In this document: positions 18,574 to 28,319 of the stretch, piece after piece
How positions within the stretch are numbered: position 1 is the stretch's first letter
Layout of the letters: every line of letters starts with the position of its first letter
Made by a program: the position numbers and the translations under genes
Origin: Arcobacter sp.
GTDB lineage: Bacteria > Campylobacterota > Campylobacteria > Campylobacterales > Arcobacteraceae
Assembly: GCF_050294675.1 (NCBI RefSeq)
Contig: NZ_JBNKON010000032.1
Reading direction: 5' to 3' (one strand)
Length of the DNA: 64,000 nucleotides
The notes under the pieces: model-generated
The model's database searches: none
What the model was told of the DNA's origin: nothing
Seen by the model: the letters and a program-made list of their open reading frames with translations, nothing else

Positions 18574-19190
18574 TATTTTCCCATTTTAGAAATATATTTA
18601 GACAATGCTTTGATATCAGCTTCATTTAAGTGCATTACTTGACCTTTCATTACACCTTTCATATTTCCACCATAAGTATCATTTTTATAACCTAAAAGTG
18701 CATTTTCTATTTTTGCTTCATCCCATTCATTTATCTTTTGAGATTTACCTAAAGCATGAATTTCTCCATTTTGCCCATGACAACCAGCACACTTTATAAA
18801 TAAAGCTTTTGCATTATCATTTGCAGAATCATTTTTAGTTTCTATTACTTTATCAATACTTTTAGTGATATTTTCAGCAACATTATTTGTAATAACTTTT
18901 GCTTCTTTTGCAACATCAACACTAACTTCCTTTGCTTTTGCCACAACATCATTTGTAATATCTTTAGAGTTTTCAACAACTTTTAAAGTTTCATCTTTTA
19001 CAGCATTTACTATTTCTTTACTTGAGTTTAAAATATCATTACTTTTTTCTTTAATAATCTCAATATTTTTATTACTTTGTGTAGCTGACTGTTCTGTTTT
19101 AAGTTCAATATTTTGTTTCTCTTTTTTATCCTCTGTACAACCATTAAAAATCAAAACTGCAACCATAGAACTAAGTAATATTTTTTTCAT
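18573..19190 (-). CDS. cytochrome c (class I, c553-like) lipoprotein with long helical linker
   Basis: Start taken at MKKILLSSMVAVLIFNGC (lipobox; GGAG sits 7 nt upstream of ATG 19190). Heme site CAGCHG and a distal Met region (MKGVMKGQVM). The stop overlaps the next start (TAATG). Confidence 0.75.
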   Translation of the reverse strand: MKKILLSSMVAVLIFNGCTEDKKEKQNIELKTEQSATQSNKNIEIIKEKSNDILNSSKEIVNAVKDETLKVVENSKDITNDVVAKAKEVSVDVAKEAKVITNNVAENITKSIDKVIETKNDSANDNAKALFIKCAGCHGQNGEIHALGKSQKINEWDEAKIENALLGYKNDTYGGNMKGVMKGQVMHLNEADIKALSKYISKMGK

Positions 19191-19203
19191 ATTTTTCTCC
19201 ATT

Positions 19204-21438
19204 TTATAAACTTTTATAATCAAATTTAAATTCATCTTTTACAAAATCAACTTTAACTGTTCCACCATTTTTAAGTTTGCCAAAAAGAATCTCATCAGTG
19301 ATTTTATCTTTTATTTCAGTGGCAATTACTCTATTTAGTGGTCTAGCACCCATATCTTTATCATACCCAAGTCTAGCTAACTCATTTTTAGCTCTAGAAG
19401 TCAATACAATATCTATCTTTTTATCAGCAATTTGAGCTTTCATATCATCAACAAATTTACCAACAACTTTTGAAACAATATCTAATGTAAGTGGCTTAAA
19501 GGTTACAATAGTATCAAGTCTATTTCTAAACTCAGGAGCAAAGAATTTTTTGATTGCTTTATTCTCATTTAAAGTGTCATCCTTTGCAAATCCCATTACA
19601 TTTGCTTCTGATGAGCCTAAATTTGATGTCATAATTAATATTACATTTTGAAAATCTGCTTTATTTCCACTATTATCAGTTAGCTCTGCATTATCCATAA
19701 CTTGAAGTAAAATTGACATTAAATCAGGATGTGCTTTTTCTATCTCATCAAGTAATAAAACACAATGAGGATGTTTTCTAATAGCTTCAGTTAAAAGTCC
19801 ACCTTGCTCAAATCCCACATATCCTGCTGGTGCTCCAATAAGTCTAGAAACTGTATGTGCTTCCATATATTCACTCATATCAAATCTTTCAAAATGAATA
19901 CCTAATTGATTTGATAACTCTTTTGCAACTTCTGTTTTACCAACACCAGTAGGTCCAGTAAAAAGGAAACTTCCAACAGGTTTTGACTCTCCTCCAAGAC
20001 CAGCTCTATTTATCTTAATTGCTTTAATTATAGAAGTAATCGCATCATCTTGTCCAAAAACTCTTTTTTGCATATTTTTTTCTAAAGTTTTTAGTAATGT
20101 CAAGTCAGATTTTGTAGCTGATTTTGGTGGAATATTTGCCATAAGTGCGACTGTATTTTCTATATCAATAGCTGTTATATTTATAGGTTTTTTATTTTTC
20201 CCATCAGGGTTTAACTCTAATTTTTTAGTAGCTGCAACCTCATCAATAACATCAATAGCACTATCTGGTAAAAATCTATCATTAATATACTTTTTACTTA
20301 ATTCAACTGCCATTTCTAAAGATTTTCTATTAAATTTCACATTATGAAACTCTTCATATTTAGATTTTAATCCTTCTAAAATAGCTACACAATCCTCACT
20401 TGTAGGTTCACTTACATCAACTTTAGCAAATCTTCTACTAAGTGCCTTGTCTTTTGAAAAATCATTTCTAAACTCTGCAAATGTAGTTGCACCTATACAT
20501 CTTAGTTTTCCATTTGAAAGCATTGGTTTTAAAATATTTGAAGCATCCATAGCTCCTCCACCAACACTTCCTGCTCCCACAAGCGTATGTATTTCATCAA
20601 TAAATAAAATAGAGTGTGGGATTTTACTAATCTCTTTTAAAAGTGATTTTAATTTTTTCTCAAAATCACCTCTATATTTTGTTCCAGCTAACATTGAACC
20701 CATATCAAGTGAAAATACTTTTGAATCTTTTAAAATAGAAGGTATATTACCATTTGCAATCTCTAAAGCTAAACCTTCTGCAATAGCAGTTTTACCAACA
20801 CCTGGTTCACCTACAAGTATTGGATTATTTTTCTTTCTTCTACTTAAAATTTGAATAACCCTATTGATCTTTTTATTTCTTCCAACAACAGGGTCAATTT
20901 CACCTTTTTTTGCTAAGGCTACAAGCTCAACGGAATTATTATCTAAAACTTCATTTTTTTTATTTAATCTTCTATTATCTTCTTCATCACTCTCATCTTG
21001 AACATCAACTTCAATATCTCTATGAGCTATCTCTTCTAAAATATCAATTCTTTCAATTCCTTGGCTTTTTAAAGCAAAAGTTGCATATGATTTTTCATTT
21101 TTTAAAATTGCCACAAACATATCATCAACGCTTGCATAACCTTTACCAGAAGTTTGTGTATGGGCAACCATATGCTCAATAACAGAAGTTAATGTTGTAG
21201 TCTCTATTGGCTCATCATTTATATCATCAGGAAGCCTTGGAGTGCTTATTTCAATATGCGTTTTTGTATCATTAAATATTTTTTTAGTATCTAATCCCAA
21301 ATCATTTAACATGCTAGAAATAAACTCATCATTTAATAACATTAGAAATATATGTTCTAATGTTAAATACTCATGCTTACTACTTTTTGCATAGGATACA
21401 GCTTGCGCAAATATCTCTCTTAATTCTTTACTTATCAT
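19204..21438 (-). CDS. clpA: ATP-dependent Clp protease ATP-binding subunit ClpA
   Basis: 744 aa with two AAA+ modules (GEPGVGKTAIAEGLA; GPTGVGKTEVAKEL). It has no ClpB-type long middle domain and lies directly downstream of clpS. Confidence 0.9.
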   Translation of the reverse strand: MISKELREIFAQAVSYAKSSKHEYLTLEHIFLMLLNDEFISSMLNDLGLDTKKIFNDTKTHIEISTPRLPDDINDEPIETTTLTSVIEHMVAHTQTSGKGYASVDDMFVAILKNEKSYATFALKSQGIERIDILEEIAHRDIEVDVQDESDEEDNRRLNKKNEVLDNNSVELVALAKKGEIDPVVGRNKKINRVIQILSRRKKNNPILVGEPGVGKTAIAEGLALEIANGNIPSILKDSKVFSLDMGSMLAGTKYRGDFEKKLKSLLKEISKIPHSILFIDEIHTLVGAGSVGGGAMDASNILKPMLSNGKLRCIGATTFAEFRNDFSKDKALSRRFAKVDVSEPTSEDCVAILEGLKSKYEEFHNVKFNRKSLEMAVELSKKYINDRFLPDSAIDVIDEVAATKKLELNPDGKNKKPINITAIDIENTVALMANIPPKSATKSDLTLLKTLEKNMQKRVFGQDDAITSIIKAIKINRAGLGGESKPVGSFLFTGPTGVGKTEVAKELSNQLGIHFERFDMSEYMEAHTVSRLIGAPAGYVGFEQGGLLTEAIRKHPHCVLLLDEIEKAHPDLMSILLQVMDNAELTDNSGNKADFQNVILIMTSNLGSSEANVMGFAKDDTLNENKAIKKFFAPEFRNRLDTIVTFKPLTLDIVSKVVGKFVDDMKAQIADKKIDIVLTSRAKNELARLGYDKDMGARPLNRVIATEIKDKITDEILFGKLKNGGTVKVDFVKDEFKFDYKSL

Positions 21439-21441
21439 GAT

Positions 21442-21741
21442 TTACTCTTCTTCCATTATAGCTTTTAAAGGAAAGCCCTTTTGTCTAGCTAAATTTTTTA
21501 CTTGCATAACTTTTGTTGAAGCTATTTCATGGGTATAAACACCACACACTTCTTTTCCATTATTATGAATATTTAGCATAATAACAGTAGCTTCATCTGT
21601 ACTTTTTTTAAAAATCTTCACAAGTATATCAATTACAAAATCCATAGTTGAATAATTATCATTCAACAATAAAACCTTATACTTTTTTGGCTCTTGCACT
21701 TCTAAATCATCATTTAATTCTATTTCAAACTCATTTGCCAA
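21442..21741 (-). CDS. clpS: Clp protease adaptor ClpS
   Basis: 99 aa. YKVLLLNDNYSTMDFVIDILVKIF...ATVIMLNIHNNGKEVCGVYTHEIA is the canonical ClpS core. Confidence 0.9.
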   Translation of the reverse strand: MANEFEIELNDDLEVQEPKKYKVLLLNDNYSTMDFVIDILVKIFKKSTDEATVIMLNIHNNGKEVCGVYTHEIASTKVMQVKNLARQKGFPLKAIMEEE

Positions 21742-21796
21742 CTTAAAACCTTTTTAGGATAAAATCAAATAATATTATACCAAAAAAGAATTTACA

Positions 21797-22432
21797 ATGA
21801 TAAAAAAGAAAAATTACGTTTTAAATCAAAGCTTATTTATAAGTGCAACAAATACGAATGTTGGTAAAACTTATGCTGCCTCTATATTTTTAAAAAAACT
21901 TACAAAAGATGGTTTTAAAGTTGGATACTTTAAACCTATTGAAACAGGTGTTATTGATGCTCCAGTTGATGGTTTAGCTATGCTAGAATTAACAAAAAAG
22001 TTAAATCCAGATTTTAATGTGGATATTGATTTTGTTGTTCCATATCAATTTAAACTTCCAGCTTCTCCATATGTTGCTAAAAAAGATGTAAACATTGATT
22101 TAGAATTTTTAGTACAAAGGAAAAAAGAGCTAGAAAAACTTTGTGATATTTTGATTATTGAAGGTGCTGGTGGTTTGATGGTACCTATTTTAAAAGACTT
22201 TTTTATAGTTGATTTAATTAAAACATTTAACTCAAAAGCTATTTTAATATCTCCAAGTCGGCTAGGAAGTATAAATGATACTCTTCTTTCCCAAGAAGCT
22301 TTAAAAAATAGAGATGTTGATTTTGATTGGTACATAAACCTTTTTGAAGATAAAGATAGTTTTGATGAAGTTACTCTACCTTTTTACAAGGATTATTTTG
22401 GTGAAGTTTTTTATTTAGATGATATTTTGTAA
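21797..22432 (+). CDS. bioD: dethiobiotin synthase
   Basis: 211 aa. P-loop ATNTNVGKT, KPIETG, and IIEGAGGLMVP. Confidence 0.8.
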   Translation: MIKKKNYVLNQSLFISATNTNVGKTYAASIFLKKLTKDGFKVGYFKPIETGVIDAPVDGLAMLELTKKLNPDFNVDIDFVVPYQFKLPASPYVAKKDVNIDLEFLVQRKKELEKLCDILIIEGAGGLMVPILKDFFIVDLIKTFNSKAILISPSRLGSINDTLLSQEALKNRDVDFDWYINLFEDKDSFDEVTLPFYKDYFGEVFYLDDIL

Positions 22433-22471
22433 CCAAACAAAGATATAATAAAAAAAATCAAAAGGTTATCT

Positions 22472-23272
22472 ATGTCAAAAAATATTTTATTTGTTGCTGT
22501 TGAAATGCCAGTTTTAATCTCAAAAAAAGATTTAGAAGAAGAGTTTCCTGGTCTTATTCTTACTACTATTGAAAAATCTTTGGTGGGTGAAATTACAAAT
22601 GATAAATATATTTTTGCCTCTTCTTTTGGAATAATTACATTTTGTAATTTTTCCCATGAAGAGATAAAATCATTTTTAGCAAGACTTGATATAAAAGAGT
22701 CACATAGTTATAATACAGCTCTTATAAATCAAGATTATCCAATGATAATTGATGAAGAATATATAAAACCAAGTATCGATGAACACACAATAAAATACAA
22801 TAAATTTAATAAATCAATTGCTTCTATTATATCTTTAGCTCTTTCACAAAGCGTTGGATTAGAAATTAGTGAAAAATCTTTAGAAAGAAAAATGGTTGAA
22901 AGTAAATCAATTTATGACAAATTAGAAAAACTTAAAATAAAAGATAGAGCAGGATTAATGAGTTTTGCAAGTAGCATTGCAAAAGAGAGATTTGATATAC
23001 TAAATAAACTTTATTTGCTAGATAAACCAGATATTTTATGGGATGATATTGAGTTAGAATCTCTATATAATCAACTCTCACTTCAACTAGAACTAAAATC
23101 AAGATTTGAAGTTGTTGAATATAAAATGTCATACCTAAAAGAATCAGTTGACTTTGCAACAGATAGAGTTAATCAAAAATCTAGTGAATTCTTAGAGTGG
23201 ATTATTATTTGGTTAATTGTTATTGAAGTATTCTTTTCAATTTATGAATATATTGTAAAGCCTAATTTATAA
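22472..23272 (+). CDS. RMD1/DUF155-family protein
   Basis: 266 aa. FGIITFCNF, LALSQSVGLE, DKPDILWDD..LE.LY, and a C-terminal TM segment LEWIIIWLIVIEVFF fit my recollection of the DUF155 pattern. Confidence 0.5.
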   Translation: MSKNILFVAVEMPVLISKKDLEEEFPGLILTTIEKSLVGEITNDKYIFASSFGIITFCNFSHEEIKSFLARLDIKESHSYNTALINQDYPMIIDEEYIKPSIDEHTIKYNKFNKSIASIISLALSQSVGLEISEKSLERKMVESKSIYDKLEKLKIKDRAGLMSFASSIAKERFDILNKLYLLDKPDILWDDIELESLYNQLSLQLELKSRFEVVEYKMSYLKESVDFATDRVNQKSSEFLEWIIIWLIVIEVFFSIYEYIVKPNL

Positions 23273-24451
23273 ACTACCTAGAATCATTTTTTTATAATAA
23301 AAAGCTACAACAAAAAAAGCAAAACCTAAAATTATAGTAATAAAACTAAGAGGAATAATATCTGCCATAATTCCTATAAAAAAAGTTGTAAGTACATTTG
23401 ATAACATAAATATCATATCATTGTAAGATATTACACGTCCTAAATATTTATGTTCAACTCTTTCTTGTATAAAGGCATAGGTAATTGACCAAATAGTAGT
23501 CGTGGTAAAGCCTGTGAAAAATACCATCACTAAAGCTAAATAAAAATTAAATTGAAAAACTCCCCATAAAACAATAGCTAATCCCTGAAAAATAAAAAGC
23601 AAAGTCAATCTATCTTTATTTATCCAATTTGTAATAATAAATGGTCCTACCATAAGGGCTAATGCTCTTATTGCATTTGTAATACCAATTGATAAAGGAA
23701 CTGCAATAACATATTTGTACTCATTTTTTGCCAATAATGTCACAAGTGTATCAAAAGCTGTAATACCAACTGAAGCATGAAGTATCAAAAGGTGTAAAAC
23801 TAATTTATTGTTTTTAATATATAAAAATCCACCTTTTATCATAGATAAAATTTTCTCTTTTGTATGTATTATCTCTACTTTAAAATCAATATTAAAAAAA
23901 ACTACTATTGCCAAAATAAAAAATGAAGCATCTAAAATAATAGCCGTTTTTACTCCGTAATAATTTACTACAAGACCACTTATTGCCATACCAAAGGCAT
24001 AAGTAAATGACCAAATAATTGAATGTATTTCATTTGTTTTTTTTAAAACATCACCTGATACTATTTTGGGTAACAAAGTCATTTCAGCCGAAAAAAACAT
24101 AGAAGCACTACTCATACGAATAAAAATAAGTATCAGTAAAAGCCAAATATCATCTTTACTGTTAATAAATAAAAGCAAAAGTGTCATACATAATTCTGTA
24201 CTTAAAAGGGTCAACATAAGTGGTTTTATTTTAAATCTATCAATAATAGTACCAGATAAAGGAGCAATAACAATAGCAGGAATAAAGTGCATAGCAGTTA
24301 CAACAGAAATAGCCATGGCACTTGAGCCAAACTCTACAAGCATAGTATAAATAGCTACATTAGAAAACCAAGCTCCAAAATATGCAATTACTTGTAGAAG
24401 TGAAAGCTTTCTTACAAGGGGATAATTAACTAAAAGTTCACGATAATTCAA
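23267..24451 (-). CDS. MFS transporter
   Basis: 394 aa, about 12 TM segments. The loop motif GTIIDRFKIKP after TM2 is typical of MFS. There is a 14-nt overlap with the upstream gene. Confidence 0.75.
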   Translation of the reverse strand: MNYRELLVNYPLVRKLSLLQVIAYFGAWFSNVAIYTMLVEFGSSAMAISVVTAMHFIPAIVIAPLSGTIIDRFKIKPLMLTLLSTELCMTLLLLFINSKDDIWLLLILIFIRMSSASMFFSAEMTLLPKIVSGDVLKKTNEIHSIIWSFTYAFGMAISGLVVNYYGVKTAIILDASFFILAIVVFFNIDFKVEIIHTKEKILSMIKGGFLYIKNNKLVLHLLILHASVGITAFDTLVTLLAKNEYKYVIAVPLSIGITNAIRALALMVGPFIITNWINKDRLTLLFIFQGLAIVLWGVFQFNFYLALVMVFFTGFTTTTIWSITYAFIQERVEHKYLGRVISYNDMIFMLSNVLTTFFIGIMADIIPLSFITIILGFAFFVVAFYYKKMILGSL

Positions 24452-26144
24452 TGTTTACCAAGACCTCTTGAAAAATAGCAGAAGAAGACAATTCATCACT
24501 TTTGTAAGTATTTAAGTAATTTGCCTTTTTATTACCTGCATAAGCAAGACATGAGTTATCCTTTATATCTTCACTTAAAGCAACAATAAAATTTGCTTCT
24601 CCATATGGTGATGAAACTTTTACAAAAGAACCTTCTTTAAAGCCAGAGTTTGGATGTAAATATAGTTTATCATCACTTTTAAATTGAGAGTTTAGATTTT
24701 GTTTTCTTTTTGCCATTACCAAATAAAATTGACTGCTTTTTTTATCTTCATATAAATTTTTAATTTTTATATCTTCTATAAATTTAAAATTATCAATAAA
24801 TGAACTATCTTTTACTTTGTGATTTATATAATAATCTAAAATACTCTCTTCTTTATCTAACTTTTCAAATGAAAAAGCATCGTTTAAATAAGAAGTTAAT
24901 TCATACTCAGTAATTGTATTTTCATTTTTAGTTTTAACAGCATTTGAAAATGTTTTTAATTCATGCCCATATGATAGTCTCAAATCTTTTTTACTTAAAA
25001 AATCAGATGAAGGAATAATCAAATCAGCATATATACTCGTATCATTTAATACTGTACCATAAAAGACTACAAAACTCTTTTTCAAACCATCAACTACCTT
25101 TTTAGTATTTGGAGCACTTACAACAGGATTTGCCCCTTGAATGAAAACCAGATCATACTCACCAAAATCAACTTCTGGCAAATCAACTCTTTTTAATGGA
25201 GAAGCTTTAAGTGGCTTATCATATCCATAAGCAGAATCCGCCAAATACCATAATCCACCAGCATCTTTATTATGTATACCTAAATATGCTGCAAAAGAGT
25301 CTATTGTTCTTATAATTTGGGAACCTTCAAAATATTTTTGAATACCAATACCAACCATAATTGATACTTTTTTGTTTTTAATTATTTCAAAAAACTTTTC
25401 AAGTTCTAAATTTGTGATTCCTATTGTTTGTAGGTAAGATTTTATATCTTTTTTATTTACTATATTTAAAAACTCTTTTACACCACTTGAGTATTTTTCA
25501 ATGAACTCTTTATCTTCAAGGTTATTTTCACTTAGATATTTACTAAAAAGTAAGGCAAGTTCATAATCAGTTTTAGGATTAAGTTGAATATGCAATTCTG
25601 ATTTTTTAGCAATTGAAGTTCTTAATGGGTCAATAGTAATAAAGGTTTTATCTTTTACCAAATTGTACATATGGGGAGAAGTAACAGAAAAATTTCTTCC
25701 CCAACAAATAATAACATCAGAGTCAATAAGTTTTTGAATGGGAGGATTTACATTTCTTCCTCGACCTAGCGTAAGTCCAACATCTCCTGCCCCATCACAT
25801 AAACTTCCTTGAGTCAAAACTGAACCATATTTAGCAAAAAAAGTTTTAGGAGCACTTTGCATAATGCCTAAGTTTCCAGCTCCTTTATAGTAAAGAGTTT
25901 TCTTAGGATTTGTACTTTTTAATTTTTCTACTAATATTTCTAATGATTTATTTAAAGATATTTTTTCATTTTTAAAATAGGGATTTACTAAAAAATCTTC
26001 TTTTAGTAAGTTAGCAAAATTTACGCACATCTTTCCATTTGTTACTTTGTGCTCTTTACTCCCTCTAAAATTACTATTTTCATAAACTGCTTCACAGGCA
26101 TCAAAACAATCAAGTGGACAAGCTACTTTGTTATTTAAACTCAA
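24438..26144 (-). CDS. cytoplasmic molybdopterin (bis-MGD) oxidoreductase family protein
   Basis: 568 aa. N-terminal FeS Cys cluster CPLDCFDAC...C, with no Tat signal. It has the length and layout of a small DMSO-reductase-superfamily enzyme with a C-terminal beta-barrel segment (GSFVKVSSPYGEANF). Substrate unknown. Confidence 0.65.
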   Translation of the reverse strand: MSLNNKVACPLDCFDACEAVYENSNFRGSKEHKVTNGKMCVNFANLLKEDFLVNPYFKNEKISLNKSLEILVEKLKSTNPKKTLYYKGAGNLGIMQSAPKTFFAKYGSVLTQGSLCDGAGDVGLTLGRGRNVNPPIQKLIDSDVIICWGRNFSVTSPHMYNLVKDKTFITIDPLRTSIAKKSELHIQLNPKTDYELALLFSKYLSENNLEDKEFIEKYSSGVKEFLNIVNKKDIKSYLQTIGITNLELEKFFEIIKNKKVSIMVGIGIQKYFEGSQIIRTIDSFAAYLGIHNKDAGGLWYLADSAYGYDKPLKASPLKRVDLPEVDFGEYDLVFIQGANPVVSAPNTKKVVDGLKKSFVVFYGTVLNDTSIYADLIIPSSDFLSKKDLRLSYGHELKTFSNAVKTKNENTITEYELTSYLNDAFSFEKLDKEESILDYYINHKVKDSSFIDNFKFIEDIKIKNLYEDKKSSQFYLVMAKRKQNLNSQFKSDDKLYLHPNSGFKEGSFVKVSSPYGEANFIVALSEDIKDNSCLAYAGNKKANYLNTYKSDELSSSAIFQEVLVNIELS

Positions 26145-26841
26145 TTTTTACTAACCTTGAAAATACTTTTGGTTTGTCAACTACTATTTCTACTTTATAA
26201 GAAGAGATATGTTTACTATCTGCAACTTTATAAATCTTATCTATTTTTAAATCACTTTTTTGACCATCTAAATAAATTGTCTTATTAGAAATAGAGTCAT
26301 AGTCAGAGATTGGAATAAAAACTTCAAGTTTACCTTTACTTAAATCTTTTGATTCATAAAGTAATGTCCCAGGAGTTACATAATCACCTTTTTTTACACT
26401 TATATTATAAATATACATATTCTCTTCAAAAAGTTGTTTATTTTTAATAGTATCTTCTAAATTTGCAATTTTTATTAGTAAATCACTTTTTGATGATTGT
26501 AAATTTAACACTTGAATTTTTTGATTATCTTTTTCAAAAGCAGATTTTGAAGAGATCTTATATAATCTATTATAATTTTTCTCTTGGATATCTAACATTG
26601 AATTTAAAACTTCTAGTTTATTTTTCGTTTGAGCTAAATCAATTTTATCAACAGCATGATCTATCTCAATAATTTTTGTCTTTTTATTTACAGACTTTCC
26701 TTCAACTTCATCATTTGAAAAAATAATTTTTCCACTCACTGCTGATTTTACAACATAATTATTATACGGTTCTAATTTTGAGTAATATTCCATCCCAAAT
26801 ACAAAACTACATAAAAAAAGAACAAAACTAATAATTTTCAT
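26131..26841 (-). CDS. secreted membrane-fusion-protein-like (HlyD/biotinyl-lipoyl hairpin) protein
   Basis: 236 aa. Signal peptide, split lipoyl-like halves (VVKSAVSGKIIF..EGKSV and VKKGDYVTPGTLLYE) flanking a coiled coil, then a beta-rich tail. Confidence 0.4.
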   Translation of the reverse strand: MKIISFVLFLCSFVFGMEYYSKLEPYNNYVVKSAVSGKIIFSNDEVEGKSVNKKTKIIEIDHAVDKIDLAQTKNKLEVLNSMLDIQEKNYNRLYKISSKSAFEKDNQKIQVLNLQSSKSDLLIKIANLEDTIKNKQLFEENMYIYNISVKKGDYVTPGTLLYESKDLSKGKLEVFIPISDYDSISNKTIYLDGQKSDLKIDKIYKVADSKHISSYKVEIVVDKPKVFSRLVKIEFK

Positions 26842-26851
26842 AAATTTCCTT

Positions 26852-28318
26852 TTACAAAGCTAATGTTTCAACTATATTTACAATATCTTTTTTAATTAAT
26901 TTTAAATCAATTTTTTCATCTTTTTCAAGTTTAAAAATCAACTCATCTAAAATTTTATTATATCCAATATATGGAAGAAGTAGTTTGATCAACTCATTAT
27001 TATTTTTTGATTTTTTGATTGATTTGACTAAAGGCAAATCATCTTTTTGTTTTACTTTTCTATTTTTAACATAGAAGTATAAACCAAATATTAATATTGT
27101 AAAAAGCATACCTAAAATAAAAAATAGTAGTTGTTGTTTTAAAGAAGTTTTATATACTATTTTTTCTATCTCAATTTTTTCTTTTTTTACTTTTTCAAGA
27201 CCTTTAAATGTAGCTTTTTTTTCTATACTTTTAACTTTTATTTTATAACTTGGACTCTTTTGAGTTACTACTTTTTTAATATTTTGATCATAATAACTCA
27301 AACTTATAGAAGGTATCTCAAAATCTTTATTTGAAATTATTGAAAATGATTTTTTATAAGTTCCAACATTTTTATTATCTTCTATTTTTGTTTTGATTTC
27401 TGGTTTATTCTCAAATATAGTTACATCTTTTATATCTAATTTTATATCTTCAATATCATCAATATTTCCATTTCCACTTACTTCAAGTTGATAAGAAACA
27501 GATTCTCCCTCATTTATCTCTTCTTTTGAAACAGAAGTTTTTAATAAAAATTCACCAATTAAATTTACATTATTAGGTAAAGGTTTTACATCAAAAGTTA
27601 ATGAATTTGAATATATTTTTTCTGTTTTTGTTGCTGGAGAAAAAAGAGAATAACTATAAGCATTCATATCAATAACTTTTGCTTCTATTTTTATTGAAGG
27701 GATTTCAAGTAGTCCACTTTTTTGTGGAAATATTAAAAAGTTTAATTCTTGAACAACAAAACCATTCTCTTCATAACTACTATTTTGTTGTTCAATTTTT
27801 TTACTCCAAATATTATTAAAAATTGGCATATTAAAGGCTAAGTCAACTATTTGTAAATCTTTTTTATACTTAAATTTAAGATTTAATACAGACTCTTCTC
27901 CCACAAATAAAGAACTCTTATTTAATGAAATTTCAAAATCAAAATTTTTTAATTTTGATTTTTTAGGTATATATGAAGTGATTGATTTTTCTTTTGTATT
28001 AAAAGATTTTCCATCTATTTTAACCTCAAAAGAAGGAAGTATAAAATCCTTTTGAGGCTTAAAAGAATAAGTTTTTTTTATCTTATTAACTACATTACCA
28101 TTTATACTAGTAATTGTTCTACTTGTTCCTAGGTTAACTACAATTTGATTATCAATTTTATCGATGTTTGGGAACTCTATATCAGAGCCATTTGCCTCTA
28201 TTTCAAAAACAAAATTTTCACCTAAGATAAAATTATTATTTGATTTTAAAGCCACATCACACTTAGCAAATATACTAAAAAATATTAAAATAAAAAATAA
28301 TTTAAAAAATAGTTTCAT
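26852..28318 (-). CDS. BatD-like secreted beta-rich protein with C-terminal TM anchor
   Basis: 488 aa. Signal peptide, repeated beta-sandwich-like segments (PSFEVKIDGKSF; IPSIKIEAKV; IPSISLSYYD), a TM segment LLFFILGMLFTILIFGLYFYV, then a short cytoplasmic tail. The layout resembles BatD. The ATG lies 1 nt after the flhA stop. Confidence 0.35.
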   Translation of the reverse strand: MKLFFKLFFILIFFSIFAKCDVALKSNNNFILGENFVFEIEANGSDIEFPNIDKIDNQIVVNLGTSRTITSINGNVVNKIKKTYSFKPQKDFILPSFEVKIDGKSFNTKEKSITSYIPKKSKLKNFDFEISLNKSSLFVGEESVLNLKFKYKKDLQIVDLAFNMPIFNNIWSKKIEQQNSSYEENGFVVQELNFLIFPQKSGLLEIPSIKIEAKVIDMNAYSYSLFSPATKTEKIYSNSLTFDVKPLPNNVNLIGEFLLKTSVSKEEINEGESVSYQLEVSGNGNIDDIEDIKLDIKDVTIFENKPEIKTKIEDNKNVGTYKKSFSIISNKDFEIPSISLSYYDQNIKKVVTQKSPSYKIKVKSIEKKATFKGLEKVKKEKIEIEKIVYKTSLKQQLLFFILGMLFTILIFGLYFYVKNRKVKQKDDLPLVKSIKKSKNNNELIKLLLPYIGYNKILDELIFKLEKDEKIDLKLIKKDIVNIVETLAL

Positions 28319-28319
28319 C

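Noticed and set aside
20447-20854. 135-aa plus-strand ORF, and similar short ORFs listed inside clpA, feoB, the kinase gene, the MCP gene, fliK, flgE and others
   Set aside because: All are nested antisense or out of frame within genes that carry clear family motifs. None has a Shine-Dalgarno site or a motif of its own.
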